A DNA stretch of 62,382 nt, the filler included. It is 5 parts of 5 records of this genome, joined end to end, with 100 filler letters (N's around TTAATTAATTAA, not from the genome) between each part and the next. Parts side by side here need not be neighbours in the genome. Positions count along the whole stretch, not along the records: positions 27,379 to 38,199 come from SRR31156797_3893; 4 more parts are not named here. One strand, given 5' to 3'. Position 1 is the stretch's first letter, and the number at the start of each line of letters is the position of its first letter. The position numbers and the translations under genes are program-made. Below the pieces are notes generated by a model. That model did not search any database. It saw only the letters and a program-made list of their open reading frames with translations, and was not told the DNA's origin. Below, in pieces: positions 28,027 through 38,299 of this stretch.

Positions 28027-29697
28027 ATGAAAGAATTCATAAAACAACTCATCCTTGACAGTGCCCGGAAGGCTTATGAAAAGGGTCTCCTGAAATCCGA
28101 CAGCTTTCCTGAGATGGAGATCGAAGAGCCCCGTTTTGATGCCCAGGGCGATTTTTCAACCAACTTTGCCATGGTTTCTGCCTCGGTGCAGAAGATGGCC
28201 CCAAGAAAAATTGCCGAGGCCGTGGTCTCCTGCATGAATGATACCGAATCGGTCATTGAAAAGACCGAGATTGCAGGTCCGGGCTTTATTAATTTCTTTT
28301 TAACCACTGCTTCCTGGCATCCGGTTCTTGATACCATTGTCCGGAAGGACGACCGGTACGGCTCTTCCGGGTTCGGGGGCGGCAAAAAGGTCCAGGTGGA
28401 GTTTGTCAGCGCCAACCCCACCGGCCCCCTCCATGTGGGCCATGCCAGGGGCGCTGCCGTTGGCGATGCCATGGGCCGGATCCTTGCTTTTGCCGGCTTT
28501 GATGTCCAGAAAGAGTACTATATCAACGACTCCGGAAGGCAGATCCGGACCCTGGGACTCTCTGTGTGGCTGAGGCTTTGCCAGATGCTCGGCAGGGAGG
28601 TGGATTTTCCCCAGGACTGCTATCAGGGAGATTATATAAAGGATATCGCCCGGGAACTCCATGAAAAGATGGGCACGGATCTCACCGAGAAAGAAGAGGC
28701 AGAGGCTGTTTCCACCTGCGCCAAATACGCCGCTTCCGTGATTCTTGAGGGGATCAAGGAGGATCTGGCCGGATTCGGTGTCGAGTATGACCAGTGGTTC
28801 AGCGAGCAGAGCCTTTACGACTCCAACCGTGTTCAGAAGGCCATCGAGGATTTCAAGGCCAAGGACCTCATCTATGAAAAAGATGGCGCCCTCTGGTTCA
28901 GGACCTCTGATTTCGGTGATGAAAAGGACAGGGTCGTTGTGAGAAACAACGGCATCACCACCTATTTCGCCTCTGATATTGCCTATCACATGGAAAAGTT
29001 TGACCGGGGCTTTGACCGGGTTATCGATGTGTGGGGGGCGGATCACCACGGCTACATCAACCGGATCAACGCTTCCATCGACGCCTCTGGTAAAAACAGC
29101 GACCAGTTCGACGTAATCCTGGTTCAGCTTGTCAACCTGCTCAGGGGCGGCCAGCCCGTTGCCATGTCCAGCCGGTCCGGTGAGTTTGTCACCCTCAAGG
29201 ACATTGTGGACGAAGTCGGCAAGGACGCGGCGCGCTTTCTCTTCCTGAGCCGGAGCTATGACAGCGGTCTTGATTTCGATCTTGAGGTGGCCAAGCAGAA
29301 GACCAGTGAAAACCCCGTCTACTACGTGCAGTATGTCCATGCCAGGATCGCCGGTATTGTGGCCAAGGCCGTAGAGGAAGGGATTCTTGACAGCGATGAA
29401 CGGGAGTGGGCAGGCTGTGCTGCCAGGCTTGTGGAACCCGAGGAGATCAAGCTGATCAAGATCCTTAATTCGTTTCCCGAAATCGTTGAAAAGAGTGCCG
29501 ACACCCTCCATCCCCATGTTGTTTTCACATATCTCATGGGACTGGCTTCGGCCTTCCACGGCTACTACAATAAACACAAGGTTATCACCCAGGACAGGGA
29601 ACTTTCCCGGGGCCGGCTCTTCCTTGTCACTGCTGTGAAAACGGTAATCAGGAACGGTTTGTCGCTTCTGGGCGTGTCTGCCCCTGAAAGAATGTAG
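28027..29697 (+). CDS. argS: Arginine--tRNA ligase
   Basis: [57 protein letters not shown]. Confidence 0.98.
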   Translation: MKEFIKQLILDSARKAYEKGLLKSDSFPEMEIEEPRFDAQGDFSTNFAMVSASVQKMAPRKIAEAVVSCMNDTESVIEKTEIAGPGFINFFLTTASWHPVLDTIVRKDDRYGSSGFGGGKKVQVEFVSANPTGPLHVGHARGAAVGDAMGRILAFAGFDVQKEYYINDSGRQIRTLGLSVWLRLCQMLGREVDFPQDCYQGDYIKDIARELHEKMGTDLTEKEEAEAVSTCAKYAASVILEGIKEDLAGFGVEYDQWFSEQSLYDSNRVQKAIEDFKAKDLIYEKDGALWFRTSDFGDEKDRVVVRNNGITTYFASDIAYHMEKFDRGFDRVIDVWGADHHGYINRINASIDASGKNSDQFDVILVQLVNLLRGGQPVAMSSRSGEFVTLKDIVDEVGKDAARFLFLSRSYDSGLDFDLEVAKQKTSENPVYYVQYVHARIAGIVAKAVEEGILDSDEREWAGCAARLVEPEEIKLIKILNSFPEIVEKSADTLHPHVVFTYLMGLASAFHGYYNKHKVITQDRELSRGRLFLVTAVKTVIRNGLSLLGVSAPERM

Positions 29698-29709
29698 GAC
29701 TTAATCGCT

Positions 29710-30414
29710 TTGGCCGGAAAACAGCTATCTGCAAGAAATGCTCTCGTCCTGGCGATGGGGCTTTTTGTCTGCTTCTGGATGTTTATCCTGGGGGTGCTGG
29801 TGGGGAGGGGAACCTCCCCGGTCACCTTTGACACCAGGGAGTTTCAGGACAGCCTTGCCCGGATTGTCAATGGGGCTGAAGATCAGCCGGAGACCTTTGA
29901 AAAGCCGGAGCTGGAATTCTACGAGGTGCTGAAAAGTCCCGCTCGTACGGCCCGTTCGACATCCGAAACCCACAGCGAGATCCTGCCGGCCGCAGTTGAG
30001 AAGGCTTCTTCCGATGCCAAAGGGCTAAGTTCGCAGCCGCCTGTCAAAAAGAGCCTGAAGGCCAGGACCTTTCGGCTGGCAAAGATGGTCAAAGCAACGT
30101 CCCCTGTTGTCAGTTCGCCAAAACCCATTTCAACCCCCCCGCCGGTTCCGAAAAAAAAGGTGGAAAAGCCTGTCCGGAACGAGGGCGTCTATACGATTCA
30201 GGTCGCGGCATACAAGGAGCTGAAGGATGCCAAGGAGCTGATGGATCGGCTCCGGGCAAAGGGCTTTCATTCCTACAGGACCATGGGTAAAGTGGGGGAT
30301 GATATCTGGCACCGGGTCAGGACGGGTTCGTTCAAGGATATGGCAGCGGCCAAACAGGAGATACAGCGCCTCGGTAAAAAGAGGTTCAAGGGAATGATAA
30401 TTAGAAAGGAGTGA
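29710..30414 (+). CDS. SPOR-domain cell division protein (FtsN-like)
   Basis: N-terminal TM, LEFYEVL, low-complexity linker, YTIQVAAY...WHRVRTGSF; follows argS. Confidence 0.8.
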   Translation: MAGKQLSARNALVLAMGLFVCFWMFILGVLVGRGTSPVTFDTREFQDSLARIVNGAEDQPETFEKPELEFYEVLKSPARTARSTSETHSEILPAAVEKASSDAKGLSSQPPVKKSLKARTFRLAKMVKATSPVVSSPKPISTPPPVPKKKVEKPVRNEGVYTIQVAAYKELKDAKELMDRLRAKGFHSYRTMGKVGDDIWHRVRTGSFKDMAAAKQEIQRLGKKRFKGMIIRKE

Positions 30415-30416
30415 TA

Positions 30417-30704
30417 ATGAAGATCTCAAAAGAAGATGTGGAGCACATCGCACATCTGGCCCGCCTGGAAGTGGATGATTCCCTGGTTGAGAAGTTCTCG
30501 ACCCAGGTGAGCGGAATATTGGATTATATAGACGTATTAAAGAATGCCGATGTCTCCGGGGTTCCCCTGGCATCGGGTGCCGCCCAACAGACCAATGTGT
30601 TCAGGCAGGACAGGGTGGACCCCTCTCCGGGGCCTTCCGTTACATTGACCAACGCACCCGATCGGGATGACGATTTCTACACGGTTCCCAAGGTTGTGGG
30701 ATAG
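30417..30704 (+). CDS. gatC: Asp/Glu-tRNA amidotransferase subunit C
   Basis: [26 protein letters not shown]...FYTVPKV. Confidence 0.95.
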   Translation: MKISKEDVEHIAHLARLEVDDSLVEKFSTQVSGILDYIDVLKNADVSGVPLASGAAQQTNVFRQDRVDPSPGPSVTLTNAPDRDDDFYTVPKVVG

Positions 30705-30717
30705 AGGAGAGACATTG

Positions 30718-32190
30718 ATGGAATTACACGCGCTTACCATAGACCAGGCCAAGAAGCTGCTTGCCTCCGGGGAGATTACCTCCGTCGACCTTGTTTCCGC
30801 CATGCTGGACAGGATCGAGGCCCATGACGCCAAGGTCGGGGCCTTTCTCACCGTTGACCGGGAGGGCGCCCTTGCCGCGGCAGCCGCGGCGGACGAACGT
30901 CTGGCCGCCGGAGAGGATGCACCGCTTCTTGGCATCCCCGTGTCCCTGAAGGACCTTCTTTGCACCACCGGGGTCAGGACCACCTGCGGCTCAAATATTC
31001 TGGAAAATTTTGTTCCCACCTATGACGCCACGGCGGTTGCCCTGATAAAACAGGCCGGGGCCGTGATTGTCGGAAAGACCAACATGGATGAGTTCGGCAT
31101 GGGCTCCTCAACGGAAAACTCCGGCTTTCATCCGACCCGGAATCCCTGGAACCTGGACCATGTTCCGGGCGGTTCCAGCGGCGGATCGGCAGCTGCCGTT
31201 GCCGCACAGATGTGCACGGCGTCCCTTGGCACCGACACCGGCGGGTCCATCCGCCAGCCGGCATCCCACTGCGGCATCGTGGGGCTCAAGCCCACATACG
31301 GCAGGGTGTCCCGGTTCGGCCTTGTCTCCTATGCCTCCTCCCTGGATCAGATCGGGCCCATTACCCGCACGGTCCGGGATGCGGCCATCATGATGAATGT
31401 CATTGCGGGCCACGATCCAAAGGATTCCACGTCGGCGGCGGTAGACACGCCTGATTTTACCTCTGCCCTTGACGCGTTCGACGCCAAAGGCCTTGCCGGC
31501 ATGAAGGCGGGTATCCCCAAGGAGTATCTGGGCATTGAGGGGTTGGACCCCGAGGTGGAAAACGCCTTTGCCAATGCCCGAAAGGTCCTGGAGGATCTCG
31601 GGGTGGAGGTCGTGGAGGTATCCCTTCCCCACACCGATTATGCCGTTGCGGCTTACTATGTGCTGGCCCCTTCCGAGGCAAGTTCCAACCTTGCCCGGTA
31701 TGACGGCGTCAAGTACGGGGTACGGCAGAAGGAAGCCGACGGTCTCATCGATATGTACAAGAAGACCCGGTCCAAGGGGTTCGGCCCCGAGGTCCAGCGC
31801 CGGATCATCGTGGGCACCTACGCCCTGTCCGCAGGCTACTATGACGAGTACTACGGCCGGGCATCCCGGGTGAGAACCCTGATCATGGATGATTTTGCCA
31901 AGGCCTTTGAAGACTGCGACATCATCATCTCCCCCGTGGCTCCGACGCCTGCATTCAAGATCGGAGAGAATGTGGATGACCCGTTGACCATGTATTTGAG
32001 CGACATCTTCACCCTTTCGGCCAACATGGCCGGTATTCCGGGACTCTCTGTCCCCTGCGGCGTCTCCTCGACCGGGCTGCCCATGGGTCTGCAGATCCTT
32101 GGAAAGCGGTTTGATGAGATGAGCGTTCTCAGGTCAGGTTACGGATTCGAGCAAAGCGCCCCAGCATTTCCTGGGCTGCCGGAACTTTAA
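30718..32190 (+). CDS. gatA: Asp/Glu-tRNA amidotransferase subunit A
   Basis: [49 protein letters not shown]. Confidence 0.97.
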   Translation: MELHALTIDQAKKLLASGEITSVDLVSAMLDRIEAHDAKVGAFLTVDREGALAAAAAADERLAAGEDAPLLGIPVSLKDLLCTTGVRTTCGSNILENFVPTYDATAVALIKQAGAVIVGKTNMDEFGMGSSTENSGFHPTRNPWNLDHVPGGSSGGSAAAVAAQMCTASLGTDTGGSIRQPASHCGIVGLKPTYGRVSRFGLVSYASSLDQIGPITRTVRDAAIMMNVIAGHDPKDSTSAAVDTPDFTSALDAFDAKGLAGMKAGIPKEYLGIEGLDPEVENAFANARKVLEDLGVEVVEVSLPHTDYAVAAYYVLAPSEASSNLARYDGVKYGVRQKEADGLIDMYKKTRSKGFGPEVQRRIIVGTYALSAGYYDEYYGRASRVRTLIMDDFAKAFEDCDIIISPVAPTPAFKIGENVDDPLTMYLSDIFTLSANMAGIPGLSVPCGVSSTGLPMGLQILGKRFDEMSVLRSGYGFEQSAPAFPGLPEL

Positions 32191-32290
32191 CCTGTGGTAG
32201 TTGCACTTGAATTGATGCCTGCTTGTCTAAAAAGCAGGCGCGATTCATATGCAATGAGCTAAAATACTAAAACACCCTTGGGAGGAGCAA

Positions 32291-32473
32291 ATGACCCATC
32301 CAATACCTGAAGGCGAAAACATAAGGGCCGCTGTCCGCTGGATTTCGGAAGAGCGGACAGCCCATCCGGAAAAGAGTCCGGTCATCCTTGTGGACGAGGC
32401 CAGCATCCGGTTTGATTTAAGTCCGGGGGAAGGGGAGTTCCTCCTGAGGTTTGTCCGGGAGTCCGACAGGTGA
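32291..32473 (+). CDS. Small hypothetical protein (60 aa)
   Basis: Strong RBS GGAGGAG, helical protein-like sequence (PEGENIRAAVRWISE..RFDLSP), ends 6 nt before mutL. Confidence 0.65.
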   Translation: MTHPIPEGENIRAAVRWISEERTAHPEKSPVILVDEASIRFDLSPGEGEFLLRFVRESDR

Positions 32474-32479
32474 TCTGCC

Positions 32480-34393
32480 ATGGCTGATGTACGAATTCTT
32501 CCGGATATCCTTTCCAACAAGATCGCTGCGGGAGAGGTGGTGGAACGGCCGGTTTCCGTTGTCAAGGAGCTCGTTGAAAACGCCCTTGACGCCGGAGCCA
32601 CACGGATCGTCGCCGAGATTGAAAAGGGCGGCCGGGATCTTATCCGGATCTCGGACAACGGCTCGGGCATGTCCCGGGACAATGCCATTCTCGCCATCGA
32701 ACGCTACGCCACCAGCAAAATTTATAACGATGACGACCTCTTCGCCATCAAGACCTTTGGTTTCAGGGGGGAAGCCCTTCCCTCCATGGCATCGGTATCC
32801 AAATTTACCCTGACCACCCGGGAGCATGACTGCGATGTGGGGACGAGGATCCACATCAGCGGCGGCAAAATCATGGATGTCTCCGACGCGGGTGCGCCCC
32901 CGGGGACCATGATCGAGGTGGGCCGCCTCTACTTCAACACCCCGGCCCGCAGAAAATTTCTAAAGGGAGTCAACACCGAGATGGGGCACATTGCCGATGC
33001 ATTTTCCGGCATGGCCCTTGGAAATCCCCATGTGGGGTTCCGTCTTCTGCACAACAATCGCCTGGTAAAGGCGTTTTCATCCCCCGCCGACATGAAGACC
33101 CGTGCTGGGGAGGTGTTTGGCATGGCTGCGCTGCCCCATCTGTGCAAGGTGTCCATGACCCAGGGGGAGATCGGCGTGACCGGGTATGTGTCTGATCCTT
33201 CCCTCACCCGGAGTACCTCCAGGAATCTCAGGCTTTTTGTGAACAACCGGCTCATCAGTGACAAAGGGATTGTGGCGGCCATCTTCAAGGGGTACAAGGG
33301 CAGGCTGATGAAGGGGCGCTATCCCCTGGGGATTCTCTTCATAACGCTTCCCTTTGACCAGGTTGACGTCAATGTCCATCCCTCCAAGCTTGAGGTGCGG
33401 TTCTCGGACCAGCGGCAGGTTTTTGGCCTGGTGGTCCGGGCGGTGAACCATGCCCTTGCGGAAGCGGAAAGATCCGGATTGGACGAATCCCTGCCCCCGG
33501 AGGAACCGGAGGAATTCGAGTCAGAGTCCCCGTCCGGTGACGAACCTGTTGATGGCGACCTGCCGCGCCCCGTGCAACCAGTCCGGACCGCTTCCGGACA
33601 AAGGAAAAAGGCGCCGGCGGTGGACCGATCCCTGTTCCAGTGGGGAAAACCCGCTGGGGAACCGGTTAAGCCCAGGGTGTCGGAGCTTGAATCGGATCTG
33701 CCCTTTCCTGAAATTGAGCCGGTCGAAGCGCCGTTTGAAAAAGAGGTTCCCAAACCCGAGCCCGGCATTGTGAAACCCGATTCCGGGAAAGTCAGTCAAA
33801 AGAGCGGATCGGATCCCGTGGTGATCGGGCAGGTGCTGGGAACCTATATCGTTCTTCAGGCAGACAACGGCATGGTCCTTGTGGATCAGCATGCCGCCCA
33901 TGAGCGGGTCGTCTATGAGCGATTGAAGAAACGGTCGGATTCCTATCGTCCCCCCTCCCAGACTCTGGCCGTGCCCGAAACCCTGGAGCTCACCTATAAG
34001 GAGGCCGATCTTCTGGAGCAGATCATTCCGGAGCTTGAAGCCGTGGGCATGGAGATCGAGCCTTTCGGGGGAACCGCCTTTATCGTCAAGGCCGTGCCCG
34101 CCATCATCGATGACAAGGATATCCGGCCGATGATCCTGGATATCGTGGAGAAGCTCCTGGAATCAGGCGGGGATGCCGTGGGCGACACCCGGGAGTGGCT
34201 TGACGAGTGCATTACCCTCATGGCTTGTCACACCGCCATCCGGGCCAACCAGGTGCTGAACCGTCAGGAGATGGAGGCCCTGATCCGGGATCTTGAGCAA
34301 TGTGAGAATCCCAACCATTGCCCCCATGGGCGCCCGACTAAGATTCAATGGGGCCGCCAGGAGATTGAAAAGCTTTTTAAGCGAATTGTCTGA
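32480..34393 (+). CDS. mutL: DNA mismatch repair endonuclease MutL
   Basis: IAAGEVVERP, GFRGEALPS, DVNVHPSK, DQHAAHERV, CPHGRP. Confidence 0.97.
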   Translation: MADVRILPDILSNKIAAGEVVERPVSVVKELVENALDAGATRIVAEIEKGGRDLIRISDNGSGMSRDNAILAIERYATSKIYNDDDLFAIKTFGFRGEALPSMASVSKFTLTTREHDCDVGTRIHISGGKIMDVSDAGAPPGTMIEVGRLYFNTPARRKFLKGVNTEMGHIADAFSGMALGNPHVGFRLLHNNRLVKAFSSPADMKTRAGEVFGMAALPHLCKVSMTQGEIGVTGYVSDPSLTRSTSRNLRLFVNNRLISDKGIVAAIFKGYKGRLMKGRYPLGILFITLPFDQVDVNVHPSKLEVRFSDQRQVFGLVVRAVNHALAEAERSGLDESLPPEEPEEFESESPSGDEPVDGDLPRPVQPVRTASGQRKKAPAVDRSLFQWGKPAGEPVKPRVSELESDLPFPEIEPVEAPFEKEVPKPEPGIVKPDSGKVSQKSGSDPVVIGQVLGTYIVLQADNGMVLVDQHAAHERVVYERLKKRSDSYRPPSQTLAVPETLELTYKEADLLEQIIPELEAVGMEIEPFGGTAFIVKAVPAIIDDKDIRPMILDIVEKLLESGGDAVGDTREWLDECITLMACHTAIRANQVLNRQEMEALIRDLEQCENPNHCPHGRPTKIQWGRQEIEKLFKRIV

Positions 34394-34430
34394 TTTTTAA
34401 TTTGGAAGAATAGCACTGGGGTAAAGAAGC

Positions 34431-34476
34431 AAAGGGCCGGCGGCCAGGATTAATATCTGGTCGCCGGCCCTTTTTT
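34431..34476 (+). terminator. Intrinsic terminator after mutL
   Basis: AAAGGGCCGGCGGCCAG-gattaatat-CTGGTCGCCGGCCC-TTTTTT. Confidence 0.8.
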
Positions 34477-34511
34477 ATGCCTTAGGGGGTATGCTTAGTT
34501 CACATTTCAGT

Positions 34512-34580
34512 GGTCAGGCTTAGCTTATTGTGATTAAGCTCAAGAACTTGAGCAATTACGCCAATAAGCTAAGCCTGACC
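34512..34580. repeat. 69-bp nested inverted repeat (REP/MITE-like)
   Basis: Perfect 19-bp arms GGTCAGGCTTAGCTTATTG / CAATAAGCTAAGCCTGACC, plus inner GCTCAAG-AA-CTTGAGC. Confidence 0.7.
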
Positions 34581-34595
34581 CCGTTTTTTGTTTTT

Positions 34596-36122
34596 TTAGA
34601 AGGCTTCGTTGTAGCTAACGGAAAGCCTGTCCTGGGAGTAGAGCCGGGAACTGTGCTTCTGATCCACGATGCCGTCTGATCGGGAAATGCTGTAGACCAG
34701 CTCCTTTTTTCCGTCGTTGTCCTGATCGGCCAGGACATAGTCGGAGATGTAGCCCGGGAAGGATCGTGTCCGGCCCTCGGGGATGAGGCCCATTTCATCC
34801 CACATCAGTGATTTTATGTGGCCCTTTGAGAAGAACTTGGCCTTGGCAAGGAGCCCGCTTGAGGAGTCGACGTTCTTCACCACCAGGACGGAGTTCTTTC
34901 CGTCATTGTCAAGATCCGCCACATGAATTCTCTGCTGGAGGAAGATTCTGCTCATCTGGTAGCCGTCATCCTTATTGTATCTATGGCCCTTGTACTCGAC
35001 AAAGGCGGTTGTGCCGCCGAAATCGGCGTTGCTTCTCCATACCTCATCTCCCTCAGGGGTGAACAGCTTGATTCGTCCGTCAAGGGTGAGGGCGACCAGC
35101 ATTTCCGCTCCCGTGTTCTGGGGATCGCCATAGGTGAAGCTATAGAGGGAGAGTCCCTTGGGGAGCTTGAGGTCGGTTTCAATCAGTCCTGTGTCCTGCC
35201 AGGTGATTCGATAAACGGGGGAGCGCAGCTGCTTCTCTTTGCCGTTGACGTTTTGTCCGAGGAGCATGGTTCCCCTGGTCTCGGTTTCAAGGATCCTGAA
35301 CAGCCATGGCTGCCGGGCAGCGATCTTGTTGAATCCGGAGCCGTTCCACTCCATGATAAAGGATGACGAAAGATTGGATCGCTTGTCCACACAGCTGACA
35401 TAGATCTCCGAGCGTCCATTGGCGTTGATGTCTCCGGCGTCGATTGAGATGACCCGCTCATTGGGTCCTAAGCCAAATTCTGCCAGACGTTTCAATGTCC
35501 TGTTTTCCCGCAGGAACACCTGAACATTTGTTTTCGAACATACTATGGTTTCGTTTTTAGAATCCCCGGTTACATCGCTGACGGCAAGGCTGATGATTTT
35601 ATCCTTGATTGCGGGGCTTCGCCACAGCTTGGCCTTTTCACGGGGCTGCCAGGCCTGGGCCTGTTGCTGCTGGACGGGCTGCTGTACCACGGTTTTTGCT
35701 TTTGGCCCGACGCCAAGGATGCCGGTTTTGATCTCCTGGGCAAGGAGATCAACATGGGCAAGCACGTCTCCCTTTGTCTTGCCGAATTGGTTGAACGACA
35801 GGGCTGCCGCGCCGGTAGCCGAGTCCGTCAGTTTGGCATCGGTGCTGATGCCGTCGCCAAAGATCAGGATGGTTCCGGTCAGGACATAGTTGGCAAGGGA
35901 CGCCTCGGGGTCGTTTTCAAGGACCGGGGAGCAGATTCCCGGAATTTCAAGGCGGGAAAGCAGCATTTTGAAAACCCCTTTTTCAAGAAAAGGGTATTCC
36001 TGATCTGCCTCGATGCTGAACGGTTTCACAAGGATTCGGGTCTTTTCTGCCAGGGCCGGTGCGGCAAGGCAGAAAAGAAATAATAGAACGGTTATAAATG
36101 CAGGTGATTTACGGATTTTCAA
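34596..36122 (-). CDS. Exported FG-GAP/VCBS repeat (beta-propeller) protein
   Basis: Signal peptide and repeated DxxGD/DxDNDG motifs (SDVTGDSKNE, GDINANGRSEI, ADLDNDGKN, ADQDNDGKKEL). Confidence 0.8.
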   Translation of the reverse strand: MKIRKSPAFITVLLFLFCLAAPALAEKTRILVKPFSIEADQEYPFLEKGVFKMLLSRLEIPGICSPVLENDPEASLANYVLTGTILIFGDGISTDAKLTDSATGAAALSFNQFGKTKGDVLAHVDLLAQEIKTGILGVGPKAKTVVQQPVQQQQAQAWQPREKAKLWRSPAIKDKIISLAVSDVTGDSKNETIVCSKTNVQVFLRENRTLKRLAEFGLGPNERVISIDAGDINANGRSEIYVSCVDKRSNLSSSFIMEWNGSGFNKIAARQPWLFRILETETRGTMLLGQNVNGKEKQLRSPVYRITWQDTGLIETDLKLPKGLSLYSFTYGDPQNTGAEMLVALTLDGRIKLFTPEGDEVWRSNADFGGTTAFVEYKGHRYNKDDGYQMSRIFLQQRIHVADLDNDGKNSVLVVKNVDSSSGLLAKAKFFSKGHIKSLMWDEMGLIPEGRTRSFPGYISDYVLADQDNDGKKELVYSISRSDGIVDQKHSSRLYSQDRLSVSYNEAF

Positions 36123-36450
36123 TTGGGGTGCTCCTCTGTATCAAATTAATGGTTTTGTGTTTTTTCGAAAAATACCTGTTTTTATCATAATAGCCGGAAA
36201 AGTAAAGTGAATAAGCGGCTCCGGCTGGTTGGAAAAAACGCATTGTAAGCAAAAATACTTGACACAAATGTCTTCCATTGATATTGAGTCTATGTTCTTT
36301 TGTCAAAAAGAGCAATTTAACCCGATTATGCCGTTCGTATCTGCTTGTGATAAGGGAGAATTAAAGGAGCTCCTTTAGATCAATAGAGTCCTGCGAAGAC
36401 ACGGTGTCCAAGCGGGGGTGATCGGCATGTTTAAGAAAAGGAGAAAAAAG

Positions 36451-37659
36451 ATGAAGAAGATGATGATTGCAGCTCTGGTTGCTATCGTGGGAATCGCTTT
36501 CACAGCTCCCGCGTTTGCAGTCGAGCATGAGTTCGGTGGTTACTGGCGTGTAAGGGCTTTCACTGCAGAACAGTTTTCCGGAGATGACTCCGGCTCAGCT
36601 GATTCCCAGATGATCGACACAAGAACCCGTCTCTACTACACTGCACAGATCAATGATAACCTCAAGTTCGTCAACAAGTTCGAGATGGACACTGACTGGG
36701 GCAGCAATACCTATGGTAAGGTTGGCGCAGACTCCGTAGCTGTTGAGGTAAAGAACTCTTACGTTGACTTCAACGTCGGTGCTCTCAATGCCAAGATCGG
36801 TACCCAGGGTGTTGCCCTTTCCCGTGGTTTCATCTTTGATGATGACTTCTCCGGTGCGGTTCTCTCTGTTGGTTCCACCGCCTTCGCTTTTGCAAAGGTT
36901 GACGAGTCCGGTGACGACATGGGCGATGACGCCCAGTTCTTCACCCTGATGCACACCGTTGCAACAGACACTTTCTCCATTACGCCTGAGGTCACCTATG
37001 TTGACCTTGCTGACAGCTCCTACGCTTACTTCCTCGCTCTCAATGCAGATGTAAACCTCGGTGCAGCTTCCCTGTGGACCTCCCTCATCTACGAAGGTGG
37101 TGACATCGACGCAACTAATGAAGATATCTCTGCATATCTCGTTGCCCTTGGTGGTGACTTTGCTGCAACCGACGCTCTCTCCATCCACGGTCAGGCTTTC
37201 TACGCTTCCGGTGATGATGATGCTAACGACGGTGATGTCGAGGCATTCGGAACGCTTACAGATGCGCTTGATGCGAACGGCAACATCCAGTACATGCCCG
37301 GCAACTCCTACTACTGGGCAGAGATCATGGGTCTCGGTACCTTTGATGACTACGCTTCTAATGGTTCTTCCGCCGATGATATCTCCAACCTCGTTGCTTT
37401 CAACCTGGGAACCACTTTCAAGGCTTCCGAGAAACTCTCTCTCTCTTGCGATCTCTGGTACGCAATGCTCGCCGAGGATGATGCAAACGGTGAGGACAAG
37501 CTCGGAACAGAGGTTGATCTCCAGGCCAGCTATCAGCTGATCGACGGTCTTACCCTCGACGTTATCGCCGCATATCTCTTTGCAGGTGATGCAACCTACA
37601 AGGGTTCCGACGACGAAGATCCCTATGAGCTCGGTGCTCAGCTCAGCCTCAGCTTCTAA
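36451..37659 (+). CDS. Major outer-membrane beta-barrel protein (porin-like)
   Basis: Signal peptide ending AFA, FGGYWRVR start, alternating beta-strands, C-terminal YELGAQLSLSF, strong high-expression codon bias. Confidence 0.8.
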   Translation: MKKMMIAALVAIVGIAFTAPAFAVEHEFGGYWRVRAFTAEQFSGDDSGSADSQMIDTRTRLYYTAQINDNLKFVNKFEMDTDWGSNTYGKVGADSVAVEVKNSYVDFNVGALNAKIGTQGVALSRGFIFDDDFSGAVLSVGSTAFAFAKVDESGDDMGDDAQFFTLMHTVATDTFSITPEVTYVDLADSSYAYFLALNADVNLGAASLWTSLIYEGGDIDATNEDISAYLVALGGDFAATDALSIHGQAFYASGDDDANDGDVEAFGTLTDALDANGNIQYMPGNSYYWAEIMGLGTFDDYASNGSSADDISNLVAFNLGTTFKASEKLSLSCDLWYAMLAEDDANGEDKLGTEVDLQASYQLIDGLTLDVIAAYLFAGDATYKGSDDEDPYELGAQLSLSF

Positions 37660-37693
37660 GACAGCCTAACAGCTGATCTGATTTAGTTGATAT

Positions 37694-37734
37694 AATGCCG
37701 TGGGGGTGCAGAATGCATCTCCACGGCATTTTTT
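37694..37734 (+). terminator. Intrinsic terminator after the porin gene
   Basis: AATGCCGTGGGGGTGCA-GAA-TGCATCTCCACGGCATTTTTT. Confidence 0.85.
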
Positions 37735-37873
37735 GTTTCTTTTTTCCTGCCGGTCGACGTCCTTCGGCCTTTCCCTCTATTTTTCCTCCCTTCAATTAGT
37801 TCTTTATTTTTAGGTTACGATTGTATAACGTTAATCCATTTTCAGAATTTAACCTAAAAAAAGGAGCGGTAAA

Positions 37874-38199
37874 TTGGGCAATAAACGTGGAGTTTCATTT
37901 TGTCTCGCTGTTTTAACTGTTTTATCCTTGTTTGTGACTACTGACCGGGTTTGCGCAGGCAAGTCCCAAACCATAGCCATCTTTCCCTTTGAGGTCTTGT
38001 CCCAGGATGATGCTGCATTTCTCGGCAAGGGCCTTACCCGAATGGTCTGTTCCAGGGTCGGGGATACCGGCGAGATTCAGGTACAGTGCAGGCAGAAAAG
38101 CCTTAAGGATTCCAATATTGAAATCGTTCCAGGGGCGCTGGAAGCCCTGGCTGGGAAAAAAGCCCTTGCCGGGATCGATTATCTTGTAAAGGGCAGCCT
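37874..38199 (+). CDS. Exported protein, 3' truncated; N-terminal domain resembles that of 34596-36122
   Basis: RBS AAGGAG, TTG start, signal peptide, TIAIFPFEVLSQDDAAFLGKGLTRMVCSRV. Confidence 0.6.
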
Positions 38200-38299
38200 N
38201 NNNNNNNNNNNNNNNNNNNNNNNNNNNNNNNNNNNNNNNNNNNTTAATTAATTAANNNNNNNNNNNNNNNNNNNNNNNNNNNNNNNNNNNNNNNNNNNN
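38200..38299. other. Artificial contig linker
   Basis: N-run, TTAATTAATTAA, N-run. Confidence 0.98.

Noticed and set aside
28300-29577. 425-aa minus-strand ORF opposite argS (similarly 5644-6519, 36595-37188, 56862-57758)
   Set aside because: Antisense frames kept open by the codon bias of the real genes.
30417-32190. gatC-gatA without an adjacent gatB
   Set aside because: Split gat operons are common; gatB is presumably elsewhere in the genome.
9805-38299. Four copies of TTAATTAATTAA inside N-runs, and abrupt GC and codon shifts at those points
   Set aside because: These are artificial six-frame-stop linkers joining contigs from different organisms, not biological repeats or genomic islands. 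ORFs containing X runs are truncation artefacts.
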